DNA of 64,000 nt, from NCBI RefSeq assembly GCF_009834535.1, contig NC_045701.1, positions 32,488,001 through 32,552,000 on the forward strand, written 5' to 3'. Shown here in pieces: positions 25,181-35,046 of the stretch (position 1 is its first letter; each line of letters begins with the position of its first letter). The position numbers and the translations under genes were made by a program. The notes under the pieces were generated by a model. It was not told the origin of the DNA, searched no databases, and was given only the letters and a program-made list of their open reading frames with translations. The DNA comes from Camelus ferus (lineage: Eukaryota).

Positions 25181-26445
25181 ATGGAGAGGGGGCCGGTGGT
25201 GGGGGCAGGGCCCAGGGCCGGGGCCCAGATCCGGTCACTGCTGGGCTGCTTGGTTAAGGTGCTGCTCTGGGTGGCCTCTGCCTTGCTGTACTTTGGAAGT
25301 GAACAGGCCGCCCGCCTCCTGGGCAGCCCCTGCTTACGGCGCCTCTACCACGCCTGGTTGGCAGCAGTGGTCATCTTCGGGCCCCTTCTGCAGTTCCATG
25401 TCAATCCTCGGACCATCTTCGCCAGCCACGGCAACTTCTTCAACATGTGAGTCCATTCGAGGCTGTGGGCGCCCAGCGGCTCCCTGGGCTCTAGGATCCC
25501 AGCTCCCTCCTTAAGGTTTCTGTCCTCCTGCCAGTCCAGGACACTAAAAATACGCTAGGAGGTTGAGGAGAAGGTCAGAGGGGGGAGGGGAACAGAGTCA
25601 TGGGGGTACAGGAGCAGGGCCAAAGAGAAAACATGGACCCTAGAAGGCTGAATGGGCCTCTAAGGAGATGGCCAATTTTAAGTGGATGGGGGCCGGGTGG
25701 GTCGAGGGCAGAGGAAACAGAGAACCAGTGCTGCTATTTGGGACCAGAGGCAAGTCCTGATGGGAACACAGAGCAGGGTGGGGAGATGGGGCTCAGAGGG
25801 TCTCAGAAGCCTTCCCTCTTCTCTGCCCACAGAAAGTTTGTAAATTCAGCGTGGGGCTGGACATGCACCTTCCTGGGGGGCTTCGTCTTGCTGGTGGTGT
25901 TCCTGGCTACACGGCGTGTGGCAGTGACTGCCCGGCACCTGAGCCGGCTGGTGGTGGGGGCAGCTGTGTGGCGGGGAGCCGGCCGGGCCTTCTTGCTCAT
26001 CGAGGACCTGACCGGCTCCTGCTTTGAGCCTCTGCCCCAGGGCCTGCTGCTCCACGAGCTGCCTGACCGCCGCAGCTGCCTGGCAGCCGGCCACCAGTGG
26101 CGGGGCTATACCGTCTCCTCCCACACCTTCCTGCTCACCTTCTGCTGCCTCCTCATGGCTGAGGAGGCGGCAGTGTTCGCCAAGTACCTGGCCCACGGGC
26201 TGCCGGCCGGCGCGCCCCTGCGCCTCGTCTTCCTGCTCAACGTGCTGCTGCTGGGCCTCTGGAACTTCTTGCTGCTCTGTACCGTCATCTATTTCCACCA
26301 GTACACTCACAAGGTGGTGGGCGCCGCCGTGGGCACCTTTGCCTGGTACCTTACCTACGGCAGCTGGTATCATCAGCCCTGGTCTCCAGGGAGCCCGGGC
26401 CATGGGCTCTTCCCTCGCCCCCACTCCAGCCACAAGCATAACTGA
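25181..26445 (+). CDS. FITM1: Fat storage-inducing transmembrane protein 1, 292 aa
   Basis: Exons 25181-25446 and 25833-26445, phase-2 GT-AG intron, 879 nt. MERGPVVGAG start, GYTVSSHTFLL and FLLLCTVIYFH signature segments, ends SHKHN*. Confidence 0.97.
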
Positions 26446-26449
26446 AAGA

Positions 26450-26455
26450 AATAAA
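26450..26455 (+). terminator. Probable FITM1 poly(A) signal
   Basis: AATAAA 4 nt after the TGA. Confidence 0.65.
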
Positions 26456-26987
26456 GGCACATCAGGCCTGGCTCTGGCTTCGCTCATCATTTGGTTGGTG
26501 GACCTGCAAAGGGTGGGAAGGATGAAAAGAGAGTCTTGTTGTCACCAGGATTCCTCAGCCATTCCTTGCTGTCACTGACCTTGAGTGTCCTTGTACTTGG
26601 TCGCTTTCCCTCCAGCTACCCTTTCAGTCTCCTAGTTCTTGCAGACTTCAAGCTATCTGGGGTTCTGATGTCAAGGACAAGCACCGCTAGGGCAGGTAAC
26701 AGTGCCCTTAGGTATGGGCAGCATTCCTGCTGAGTAGATGCTCCATCTCCAGCCTGATTGATCTGGTTTTCCTGCCTCCACCACTGAATCTCCCCTCTGC
26801 CATCCTTAGAGGCACCCTACTTAGGGACCCTTCCTACCCTGTCTTCCTGTAGGGGGCTCTATGTGTGCTCTTTAACTGATGTTCATTGAGCCAAGCATAG
26901 TTCCATGCCATGTGGTAAGACAAAGTTTCTGCCATTTGGGACTCATGGGCTACTAGGGGAGGGAGACGATAAACTCACAAATAAAAA

Positions 26988-27205
26988 TAGCAAACACTTA
27001 TATTGTGCTTATTCTGTGCCTGGCACCATTCTAAGTGTCTCTAAGTTCTTTATATAAATTCACATTATTTAGCCCTCACAACAACAACACTGTGAGGTAG
27101 CTTTGGTAGTGTTCCCATCGTACAATTGTGAAAACAGAGGTACAGAGGTTAAGTAACTTTTTCACAGCTAGTAAATATCAGAGCCAGAATTAACCCAGGC
27201 AGTAT
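26988..27205 (-). mobile_element. MIR SINE remnant
   Basis: aatagcaaacacttatattgtgcttattctgtgcctggcacc...gaaaacagaggtacagaggttaagtaact, typical of a reverse-oriented MIR. Confidence 0.7.
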
Positions 27206-27229
27206 GGGTCCATGGTCTGTGCTCTAAAT

Positions 27230-27682
27230 CAGGGATCAGCAAACGACAGCCCTCCTGTGGCCAGTGTTTGTATGGCCTGAGAGCTAAGAAATGGTTTCAC
27301 ATTTTTTAATGGTTGAAAAAAAAATCAAAGAATATGTTTTTAAAATTTTTTACTGAAGTGTTGATTTACAATGTTTCAGGTATACAGCAAAGTGAGTCAG
27401 TTACACATATATATACATACATATTTTATCTTTTCAGATTATTTTCCATTAGATGTTATTACAAGAAATTGAATATAGTTCCCTGTGGTCCCTGTTGTGA
27501 AGAATATTTCATGACATGAAATTCAAGTGCCAGTGTCCATAAAGTTTTATAGGAACCAGCCATGCTAATTCATTTAGGTATAGCTGTTAACCTGCTGCAA
27601 TGGTAGAGTTGAGTAGTTGCTATAGGCACTGTATAGCCCACAAAGCATAAAATATTTGCTATCTGGTCTTTTACAGAAAAGA
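27230..27682. mobile_element. hAT-Charlie MITE (MER58-like) split by an L1 3' fragment
   Basis: caggg(a)tcagcaaac...ggcctgagagctaagaaatggtttcacattttttaatggttgaaaaaaaaatcaaa, resuming after 27507 with ...taaaatatttgctatctggtcttttacagaaaa. L1 piece about 27336-27499 flanked by TSD AAGAATAT (27328-27335, 27500-27507). Confidence 0.7.
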
Positions 27683-27789
27683 CCCTGATCTAAACCAACC
27701 CCTGATCTAAACCACGCTATCCTCAAAAAATAAACTGGCTAATATCAGAGAGAGAGCTGTGAAGGTACTAAAACAGACTGCTTTCTAAT

Positions 27790-28150
27790 AGACTTGGAGG
27801 GAGTTACTTTATAAGGAAGATAGAGTTCTCCCTGAAGAAGTGACATTTAAGCTGAGAATAGAATGACGTCCTGAGGCAGCAGAAGGGTGTGTCAGGCAAA
27901 GGGATTAACGAGAGCAAAAGTCCTGAAGCACGAATGAATGTGACACTGACAGGTTTGAGTACAAATGGAAAGCCCAGGTATATGTAAGTAAAATGAAAGC
28001 AGTGGAAAGTGAACTGCAAGGGGAACAGGTGCCAGGCAGGCCTTTTGGGCCAGGAAAGTCCTCTGGATTTCGTTCTAAGGTCAACAGGAAGCTGAGAAAG
28101 TTTTGAGCAAGAGAAAGGTGGAATCCCACTGCTGTGTGGAGAGTGGATTA
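27790..28150 (-). mobile_element. L2 LINE remnant
   Basis: ctccctgaagaagtgacatttaagctgagaatagaatgacg... resembles a reverse L2 3' region; boundaries approximate. Confidence 0.55.
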
Positions 28151-28429
28151 CAAAAGAATGGAATCCTCAAGGGTCAGAAGAGAGCTGCCTGGGGCCCGTG
28201 ATGGGGTGGTGCTGGAGTCTGAGTGTCACTATATGGGCCCGTGGACCCAGGGGTCCACGCTGGCAGGGCAAAGGGAGACCAGGTCTGGCTACACCACCGA
28301 GAAAAGAAGGAAGAGAACCAGATAAAGCTTGTCACTGTCCCACGCCGAACAGGTAAAGACAAGAGCCAGAGGGCAGTCAGGGGGATGGAGAGATGGGAGG
28401 CGAGGAGTCCAGAGGCAGGCACTGGCGGG

Positions 28430-29230
28430 GGGCGGGAGTAACAGCTTGGGGGGGGGGGGGCAACAAGTCTAGTGCGGGGAAACCTGGAAAGGAAAGAAGG
28501 CGGGGTAGGCGGGGCGTCGAGAGCAGAGCGGGGAAGGAGTGGCGGGGTGGGCGGAGTCGGCAGGCGGGGAGTGGAGAGACTGGCAGAGGTGGCGAGATGG
28601 GGAGGGGGAGGCGGGGCGATGGAAACGCGCCTCTCGAGCTCTAGAGGGAGCCCTGGCTGGACCGCCTCCTCGCGCCCCTCCGCCCCTCACCTCTCCCCGG
28701 TCTGTCCCCGCCTCCTCCAGTGCCTCCACTCCCACTACCCGGGAAGGCCGTGCAGGGCGCGAGCGCTGCTTTCGCTTTCTCTTCCCGGTGCCCACTCCTC
28801 GCTCCGCGTGCGGCGCTAGGCCCCCGCCCCGGCCATGGCCACGCTCAGGGTCCAGCCTGAAGCCCAAGCCAAGGTGAGCGCCGCGGGTTCGAGGAAGGGC
28901 TTATCAGGGAGGCGTGGCTGGGAAAGGCCGCAGGCGTCCTAGACCCGCCCCCCCCAGCCCCCCGACCCGAGTCGGGGTCAGTCGTCGGAGTTCCTCGTGA
29001 GCCCCCGTGCCCAGAGCACCTGAGCCCGGGGAGCCCAGCCAGGTCTGCCTGCGGGGAGAGAGAGGCGAGGCGGCCGAGGTTCAGCGGGGTGAGGTGAAGC
29101 GGAGCGCTGGCGTGGAGGGGAAGTCCGCTGGCCCGGCGCCGGGCCCACACACAGACGGGGAGACTCCCGGCCCTGCCACCATGGGGGGCCCCGCCACTCC
29201 ACAGGGCACTCCGATCCCGCCCCAGTCGCT
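28430..29230. promoter_or_regulatory. PSME1 CpG-island promoter with IRF element GCTTTCGCTTTC (28768-28779)
   Basis: GC boxes and G-runs; reverse complement GAAAGCGAAAGC fits GAAANNGAAA, 55 nt upstream of the ATG. Confidence 0.8.
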
Positions 29231-31326
29231 GCGGCTCTCTTACATCCCTCCTCACCCAGTCCAGGAGACCCGAGGGATCTGTTCCCACTTGAACCCCTCG
29301 CCCTTCACCACCACGAATATTCTCGTTCCCCAAATCCTGCCCCACGGGGACTACTCCAACCTTCCCCAGGTCAGGCCCTCCACAACCCAAAGGGTCCTCG
29401 AATGAACTGGCCATAAAGCCAGGTGTCTGAAGGGCTGCCTGTGTCCCGCAGGTGGATGTGTTCCGGGAAGACCTGTGTACTAAGGTAAGACCTGCCTGGT
29501 CACCACTCCATCTCTACCCTGTCCCACTGCTCAACCCTTCCTTGCTGGGCAGTGGCAAGCCCTGGGTCGCTGCCTTGGAAAAAGACATTTGATTCTGACC
29601 CCCATCCTCCTCCCACCCCTACTTCACAACAGACAGAGAACCTGCTTGGGAACTATTTCCCCAAGAAGATTTCTGAGTTGGATGCATTTTTAAAGGTACT
29701 GGGACTGGGCAGGGAATAGAGAGTAGGGGGCAAGGGTAGAGTCTGGGGAGCCGTGAGAGTGAGGAGGTGAGATTTCGCCCCTGCCTCCAGCCCTTCTCCC
29801 ACCCTGCACCAGGAGCCAGCTCTCAATGAATTCAACCTGAGCAATCTGAAGGCCCCTCTGGACATCCCAGTGCCCGATCCAGTCAAGGAGAAAGAGAAGG
29901 AGGAGCGGAAGAAACAGCAGGAGGCAAGTCAGGAAGAAGTGAGAGGAGGGACCCAACCCTGGGGAAAGTCAGCCTTAGGGCTGACTCCCAAGAGCACCCC
30001 TCTCCCTACAGAAGGAAGACAAGGATGAAAAGAAGAAAGGGGAAGATGAAGATAAAGGTATGACTATGGTGGAAGGGACTTGAGTCTCACCTCCCAGGAT
30101 CTCCTCTCTAAGGATGCCTCTTCCCTGCCCCTCACAGTCCCCGCCATGTGACTGACCCAGTGCCCACTTCCTAGGTCCGCCCTGTGGCCCAGTGAACTGC
30201 AATGAGAAGATCGTGGTCCTCCTGCAGCGGCTGAAGCCTGAGATTAAGGATGTCATTGAGCAGCTCAACCTGGTGAGCCCTCCTACTTCCATCCCCAGGC
30301 TTCAGATCAAACCCTCTGTCCTCCTTCACCCCTGCCAGTTAGGGCATGGCACCTGCCAGGTCTTAGCAGGAGAGGGCACAGCAAGCAAAGCCAGAATTCC
30401 AGGCCCTGGGGTGCAGGATGGAGCTGGCATACACTCACTGTGGGCAGGGAAACAAAGGAGGACAGGAATCTGGGAATTGGGTTAGGGGCTGATGGGGCTT
30501 TGCTGCTATTCCCTCCTATCAGGTCACCACCTGGTTGCAGCTGCAGATACCTCGGATTGAGGATGGGAATAATTTTGGAGTGGCTGTCCAGGTGAGAGTG
30601 CTGCCCAACTCTTCTCCCTGCCTTACCTCTCCAGTCCATGCTGCTTTCCACTTCCCCTCTTGCTTTCTTTCCCCAGGAGAAGGTGTTTGAGCTGATGACC
30701 AGCCTTCACACCAAGCTGGAAGGCTTCCACACTCAGATCTCCAAGTGAGTGACTACAGTGACTGCCCACCTGCACCAGCATGCACACTCTGCCTTTGACT
30801 GGTATGGGGGCCTAGGCTCCCTCCTCCTCCCACTCCACACCCTTCTACTTCCCACAGGTATTTCTCTGAGCGGGGTGATGCCGTGGCCAAAGCAGCTAAG
30901 CAGCCTCATGTGGTAGGTGAGGCCCAGGTCAGGGTGTGTGGGAGGAGGGACACATCTGGTCAGGCCTGACCCGCGTCTCCCGCAGGGTGATTATCGGCAG
31001 CTGGTACATGAGTTGGATGAGGCAGAGTACCGGGACATCCGGCTGATGGTCATGGAGATCCGCAATGCTTATGTGAGGAGGCGAGGGCAGGGGTGGGCAG
31101 AAGCAGCTTTCCCAGGCCACCTACTCCCTGACCCTGCAGGCTGGGGGTGAAGGGTAACAAAGCTCAACCTTTCCACAAGGCTAGAAATGGGGCACAGTGG
31201 CACTGGGGGCCTGCAGCTGACCCCCACTCCTCCCTGGCCCCATAGGCTGTGTTATATGACATCATCCTGAAGAACTTCGAGAAGCTCAAGAAGCCCAGGG
31301 GAGAAACAAAGGGGATGATCTATTGA
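28835..31326 (+). CDS. PSME1: Proteasome activator subunit 1 (PA28alpha), 249 aa
   Basis: Exons 28835-28873, 29452-29484, 29633-29695, 29813-29923, 30012-30057, 30175-30272, 30523-30591, 30677-30744, 30858-30912, 30986-31072, 31246-31326 = 750 nt; intron 4 is GC-AG. KEKE motif, IPRIEDGNNFG loop, ends KPRGETKGMIY*. Confidence 0.98.
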
Positions 31327-31443
31327 AAGCCTCCTCATTCTGTGATGGGTCCAGCAGAGACCTTCCAGACTTTCACAGGGGACTCCAGACTTGCCCCACC
31401 TTCTGCCTGTTGAGGTTTCTCCCTCACCTTGTCTCCCGGGCAC

Positions 31444-31449
31444 AATAAA
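31444..31449 (+). terminator. PSME1 poly(A) signal
   Basis: AATAAA about 118 nt after the stop. Confidence 0.75.
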
Positions 31450-31483
31450 TATAGTCATACCACTGCCCAACAACCCAAGTCTC

Positions 31484-31489
31484 TTTATT
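31484..31489 (-). terminator. EMC9 poly(A) signal
   Basis: TTTATT on plus (AATAAA on minus), 30 nt beyond the EMC9 stop. Confidence 0.75.
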
Positions 31490-31519
31490 AGGATCCTGAG
31501 CCTCCCCGCTGGCCCTGGC

Positions 31520-33594
31520 TCAGGTATTTCCATTGGTGGGACCAACCCACTGGGTGATTTGGGCATTGAGCTGCTGGTTGGTCCAATCTTCCCGGATGTC
31601 ATCAAGGTGGCAGTCAAAGTCCACAAGGTGCTGGTGGGCCCGGCCCTCCAGTAATGCTCCTACCATCTGCCGTGACTCTTCCCAGTCCCTCCACATCACT
31701 CTGAAATAATAACCCCCATGGAGGTCAAACCCAGCAGGCAGTGGGGCCAGACAATTGGCAGAGGTTAGGGTCCAGAGAAGGACCCTTGGGGCAGAACCAA
31801 GGACAGAGGAGGCCCAGGAGCTGTGGGCTTCCAAGAAGAGGTAGAGGGAGTGGGGCACTCACAAGTTCTTGTCCTTGGGGACCCAGCGGAGACCATGGTT
31901 CTCTAGGACGATAACTGGGGGCACGTGAGGCTGGGGCACCAGTTTCTGATTATCCAACTGTGTGGACAGGGAAGGGCAGTTGAGGGTTTCAGGGATGCCC
32001 CTTCCTACTTTCTTTCNNNNNNNNNNNNNNNNNNNNNNNNNNNNNNNNNNNNNNNNNNNNNNNNNNNNNNNNNNNNNNNNNNNNNNNNNNNNNNNNNNNN
32101 NNNNNNNNNNNNNNNNNNNNNNNNNNNNNNNNNNNNNNNNNNNNNNNNNNNNNNNNNNNNNNNNCACATCCATCTGAGCTGGGCATCCCAGATCCCATAG
32201 ACATGGACCCAGTGATGGCCTTTCTGTGTAGCTGGCCTAGGCGCATCAGGCCTGCTTGATGTTTCGTGCATGGCTGCTTGATGCTTGAGTGCTGTGGGAA
32301 ACAGGAGCTCAGACAAAGCTGGTGAGAGTGAAAATCTAAGATGGTCTTTTTAGAGAGAAATTTGGCATAACCACTCAGATTTATACTGTATATTATGTAT
32401 GCTTATCTAGAATTTCTACTTACAAAGAATTTATTGTAATAATAGAACAGTGTATGTAATCACCAAAAAATTGGAAACAACCTCAATGTTTAATGTAAGG
32501 CATTAAGGTACATCCATATTCATACTATATAACTGTTAGGGTAAGGTAGATATTGGTGTAGAGATGGAAAGATGTCAGATATTTATTAAGGAGGGAAAAG
32601 CAAATTACAGAACAGTATGATTTGATCCAGATACATGATTACTATATAAGTAGATAACTTTTTCTATATACAGTTGACCCTTGAACAACAAAGAGGTTAG
32701 GGCACAGACCCTCCAGCAGTTGAAAATCCACAGATAACTTTACAGTTGGGCCCTCCCTATTCTGGATTCCACACAGATTCAACCGCTGCGGATCCCACTC
32801 AGTGAAAAAGTTCTGCCTATTAGTGGCCCCCCACAGTTCAAACCCTTGTCATTCCATGGTCAACTGTATATGTAAAAAGAAACTCCCTTTTTGATAAGTT
32901 GCTGGTTGGACTTTGTCTGTGTTCTTTCAGCACTTGGGGGACAACTCAATAAGTGTCAGCCTGTCCTTATTGAAACTCATTTGTCCTTCCCACTACCATG
33001 GCAGCTCCTCCAGGAAAGTATGTTTCTTTGTATTCCCTCACTGCAGTACCCATCCTAGTGCCTGGTGTGCAGTGCCTACTCCTAAGCTTTCGATGAAGGA
33101 AAGATGGAAGGAATGACCAAAAGGGGTTCTCTTGACCCCACCCCACCCCCAATAACCCTTAGCCTTCTGCCTCTGGCTACCCAACTCACCTCTGATCGTC
33201 CAAAGCTGCATTGGCATGGTAGTACCCAGCCACTACCAGCCCGGCCTGGGCGCCCCACACATCCACCTGCCATGGGAAAGGGGCCATCAGTAACCCGCCC
33301 TGTGGGTGCGCACTATTGCCAAGAGGCCAGGGATGGGCTTGGGCTAGGGGTATTAGGGGGGTTCGCGATGGTCAAGTGGGCGTCCAGAGGCGGCACCTGG
33401 TTGAGAGCGACCTCCAGCATGACAGACAGGGCCAGGTGGCTGTGGAATAGGGGCACACAGTCGGTGAGGCACAGGCATTCTCCCGACCGCGGCGCCGGCG
33501 CCAGCAGTAGCCCGTTGACAGCAGCGTGCGGATACCGGGCGGCGTGCAGGCACATCTTCACGTAGGCCTGGGTAGAGATCTCCACCTCCCCCAT
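31520..33594 (-). CDS. EMC9: ER membrane complex subunit 9 (FAM158A, MPN-like); one internal exon not visible
   Basis: Exons on minus: 33594-33397, 33266-33190, [missing], 31957-31863, 31700-31520. MGEVEISTQAYVKMCLHAARYPH...VDVWGAQAGLVVAGYYHANA...LDNQKLVPQP...HLVDFDCHLDDIREDWTNQQL. Visible exons total 551 nt, which is not a multiple of 3; a 70-nt exon would give 206 aa. Confidence 0.93.
32017..32164. other. Assembly gap (148 N)
   Basis: Run of N inside EMC9. Confidence 1.
32671..32866. mobile_element. Tigger2-type (TcMar) MITE in an EMC9 intron
   Basis: Terminal inverted repeats CAGTTGACC(cttgaac) and (attccat)GGTCAACTG, flanked by TA on both sides (32669-32670, 32867-32868). Confidence 0.85.
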
Positions 33595-34250
33595 GGCGAG
33601 CAGGGCCCCAGCTCGCATCCACGAAGCCCCCTCCAGAGCCCCAGAGCCCTCTTGGGCTCTTCCCTGTGCCCCCTCACTTAGGTTCGAAGGTGACGCTGAC
33701 TCGGCTCAAAGGTAGCCCGCTGGCTCCGGCGGACCTCAGCCCGGCGCCTGGCCCCCACTCGGTCCGGAATGCAGCCGGCCGGGATTGCACGTTGCAGCAC
33801 CGAACTCCACCTCCCCTCCGCCCTCCAGCGGCGCCCGCAGAGCTGCGCCTGCCTGCGGGACACACAACCGGAGACTCCAAGTTGGACTGGCTTCCTGAGT
33901 CCCGCCCACGCAGTGCTCTTTGATAGGCTTAGAGGGTCTCGTTTTGTCCAATTACCAGCCGCATCCAGCTTGCCCCGCCTTTGTCTCCAGCGGACTGGAA
34001 AGAACCCCCAACTGTAAACTAAAGAAAGCTGCCCGCACGCTGATTGGCTACGATACCCCACTTCGGCTCTTCATTGCAGGATGGCTGCGCCTGTCACCTG
34101 TGCCGCCCGCCCCTACCGGCCCCGCTGAGCCAGCTGGGTGGAGCCCGTGCCCCGCGTCCAGCGTCTCTGAGTGGAGCTTCGAACGTGGGCGTGTAGGCTG
34201 GTTCCTGCTATAGAATGAGTGGATTTGTACTCAAGAGCGGCTCTGCCGCT
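33360..34250. promoter_or_regulatory. EMC9 CpG island / promoter
   Basis: CpG-rich; CCAAT motifs near 33948 and ATTGG 34043-34047; probable non-coding exon donor (CTCAC 33673-33677 on plus). Confidence 0.7.
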
Positions 34251-34869
34251 TACTAATGAGTCGTGTTACTTTGGCGACTACAGGTTATCTGGCCCTTGAT
34301 TTCTTCCGTGTAATAGCTACAGAAATAAAGATGGCATTGGCTGAGGAACGGGGGTCAAGGTCAAAAAGAATTTTATAGACCCATCCTTCCCACAATGTTC
34401 TGTGGTATAATTTCCTTCACCGTAATGCCTTGAGAGCATTTTTTCCCCTCCCAGCCCTCGAGGAGTCCAACCATTCACCCATAATTCTCCCAATGAAACC
34501 TCATTCTCCTTTGAGGCATGCTTTGAGCTGATGGCAAAGGTTGTTCCTTTCTTCATCCCCTGACTTCAGCTGCAGACCTTTCCCCCTATCTATCCAAAGC
34601 CTGATTATTCCTTTAAGGGGTTGACCCAAATGCCACCTCTTACAGGAAGCACTCTTGAGAACCCCCAGATGGAAATAATCTTGTGAAATTCCCAAATGCA
34701 GGTATCTTCATGACTGTTATGGCATGTAACAGTTTCCACCCTGTTCTTTAGGATGACTTCTTAAGAACAGGATGGACCTGTTCATCCTTGTCTTCCTGGC
34801 ACCCCTCCCCTTCCCCAACACCACATTCACATTTAGTGTCTGGACATAGGTGACACTAGTAAATGATCC

Positions 34870-34960
34870 CCCCACCCCGCCCCTGCCAATGGAGCACTGG
34901 AACCCAGGACCTTGTACACACCAAGCATGCACTCTACCACTGGGCTATATTCCCACCCCC
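34870..34960 (-). mobile_element. Camelid-type SINE just downstream of the PSME2 3' end
   Basis: ctggaacccaggaccttgtacacaccaagcatgcactctaccactgggctatattcccacccc, reverse of the same SINE family. Confidence 0.8.
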
Positions 34961-35022
34961 TATAAATGCTTTCTGAATGAATGACATACACCAGAGGTAA
35001 TCCACACAAAGTATATAGGTCA

Positions 35023-35028
35023 TTTATT
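35023..35028 (-). terminator. PSME2 poly(A) signal
   Basis: TTTATT 18 nt past the stop on the minus strand. Confidence 0.75.
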
Positions 35029-35046
35029 TCCCTTCTAACCCTGGGC

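Noticed and set aside
31520-33594. EMC9 pseudogene
   Set aside because: All visible exons and splice sites are intact; the phase break coincides with an N gap large enough to hold the missing exon.
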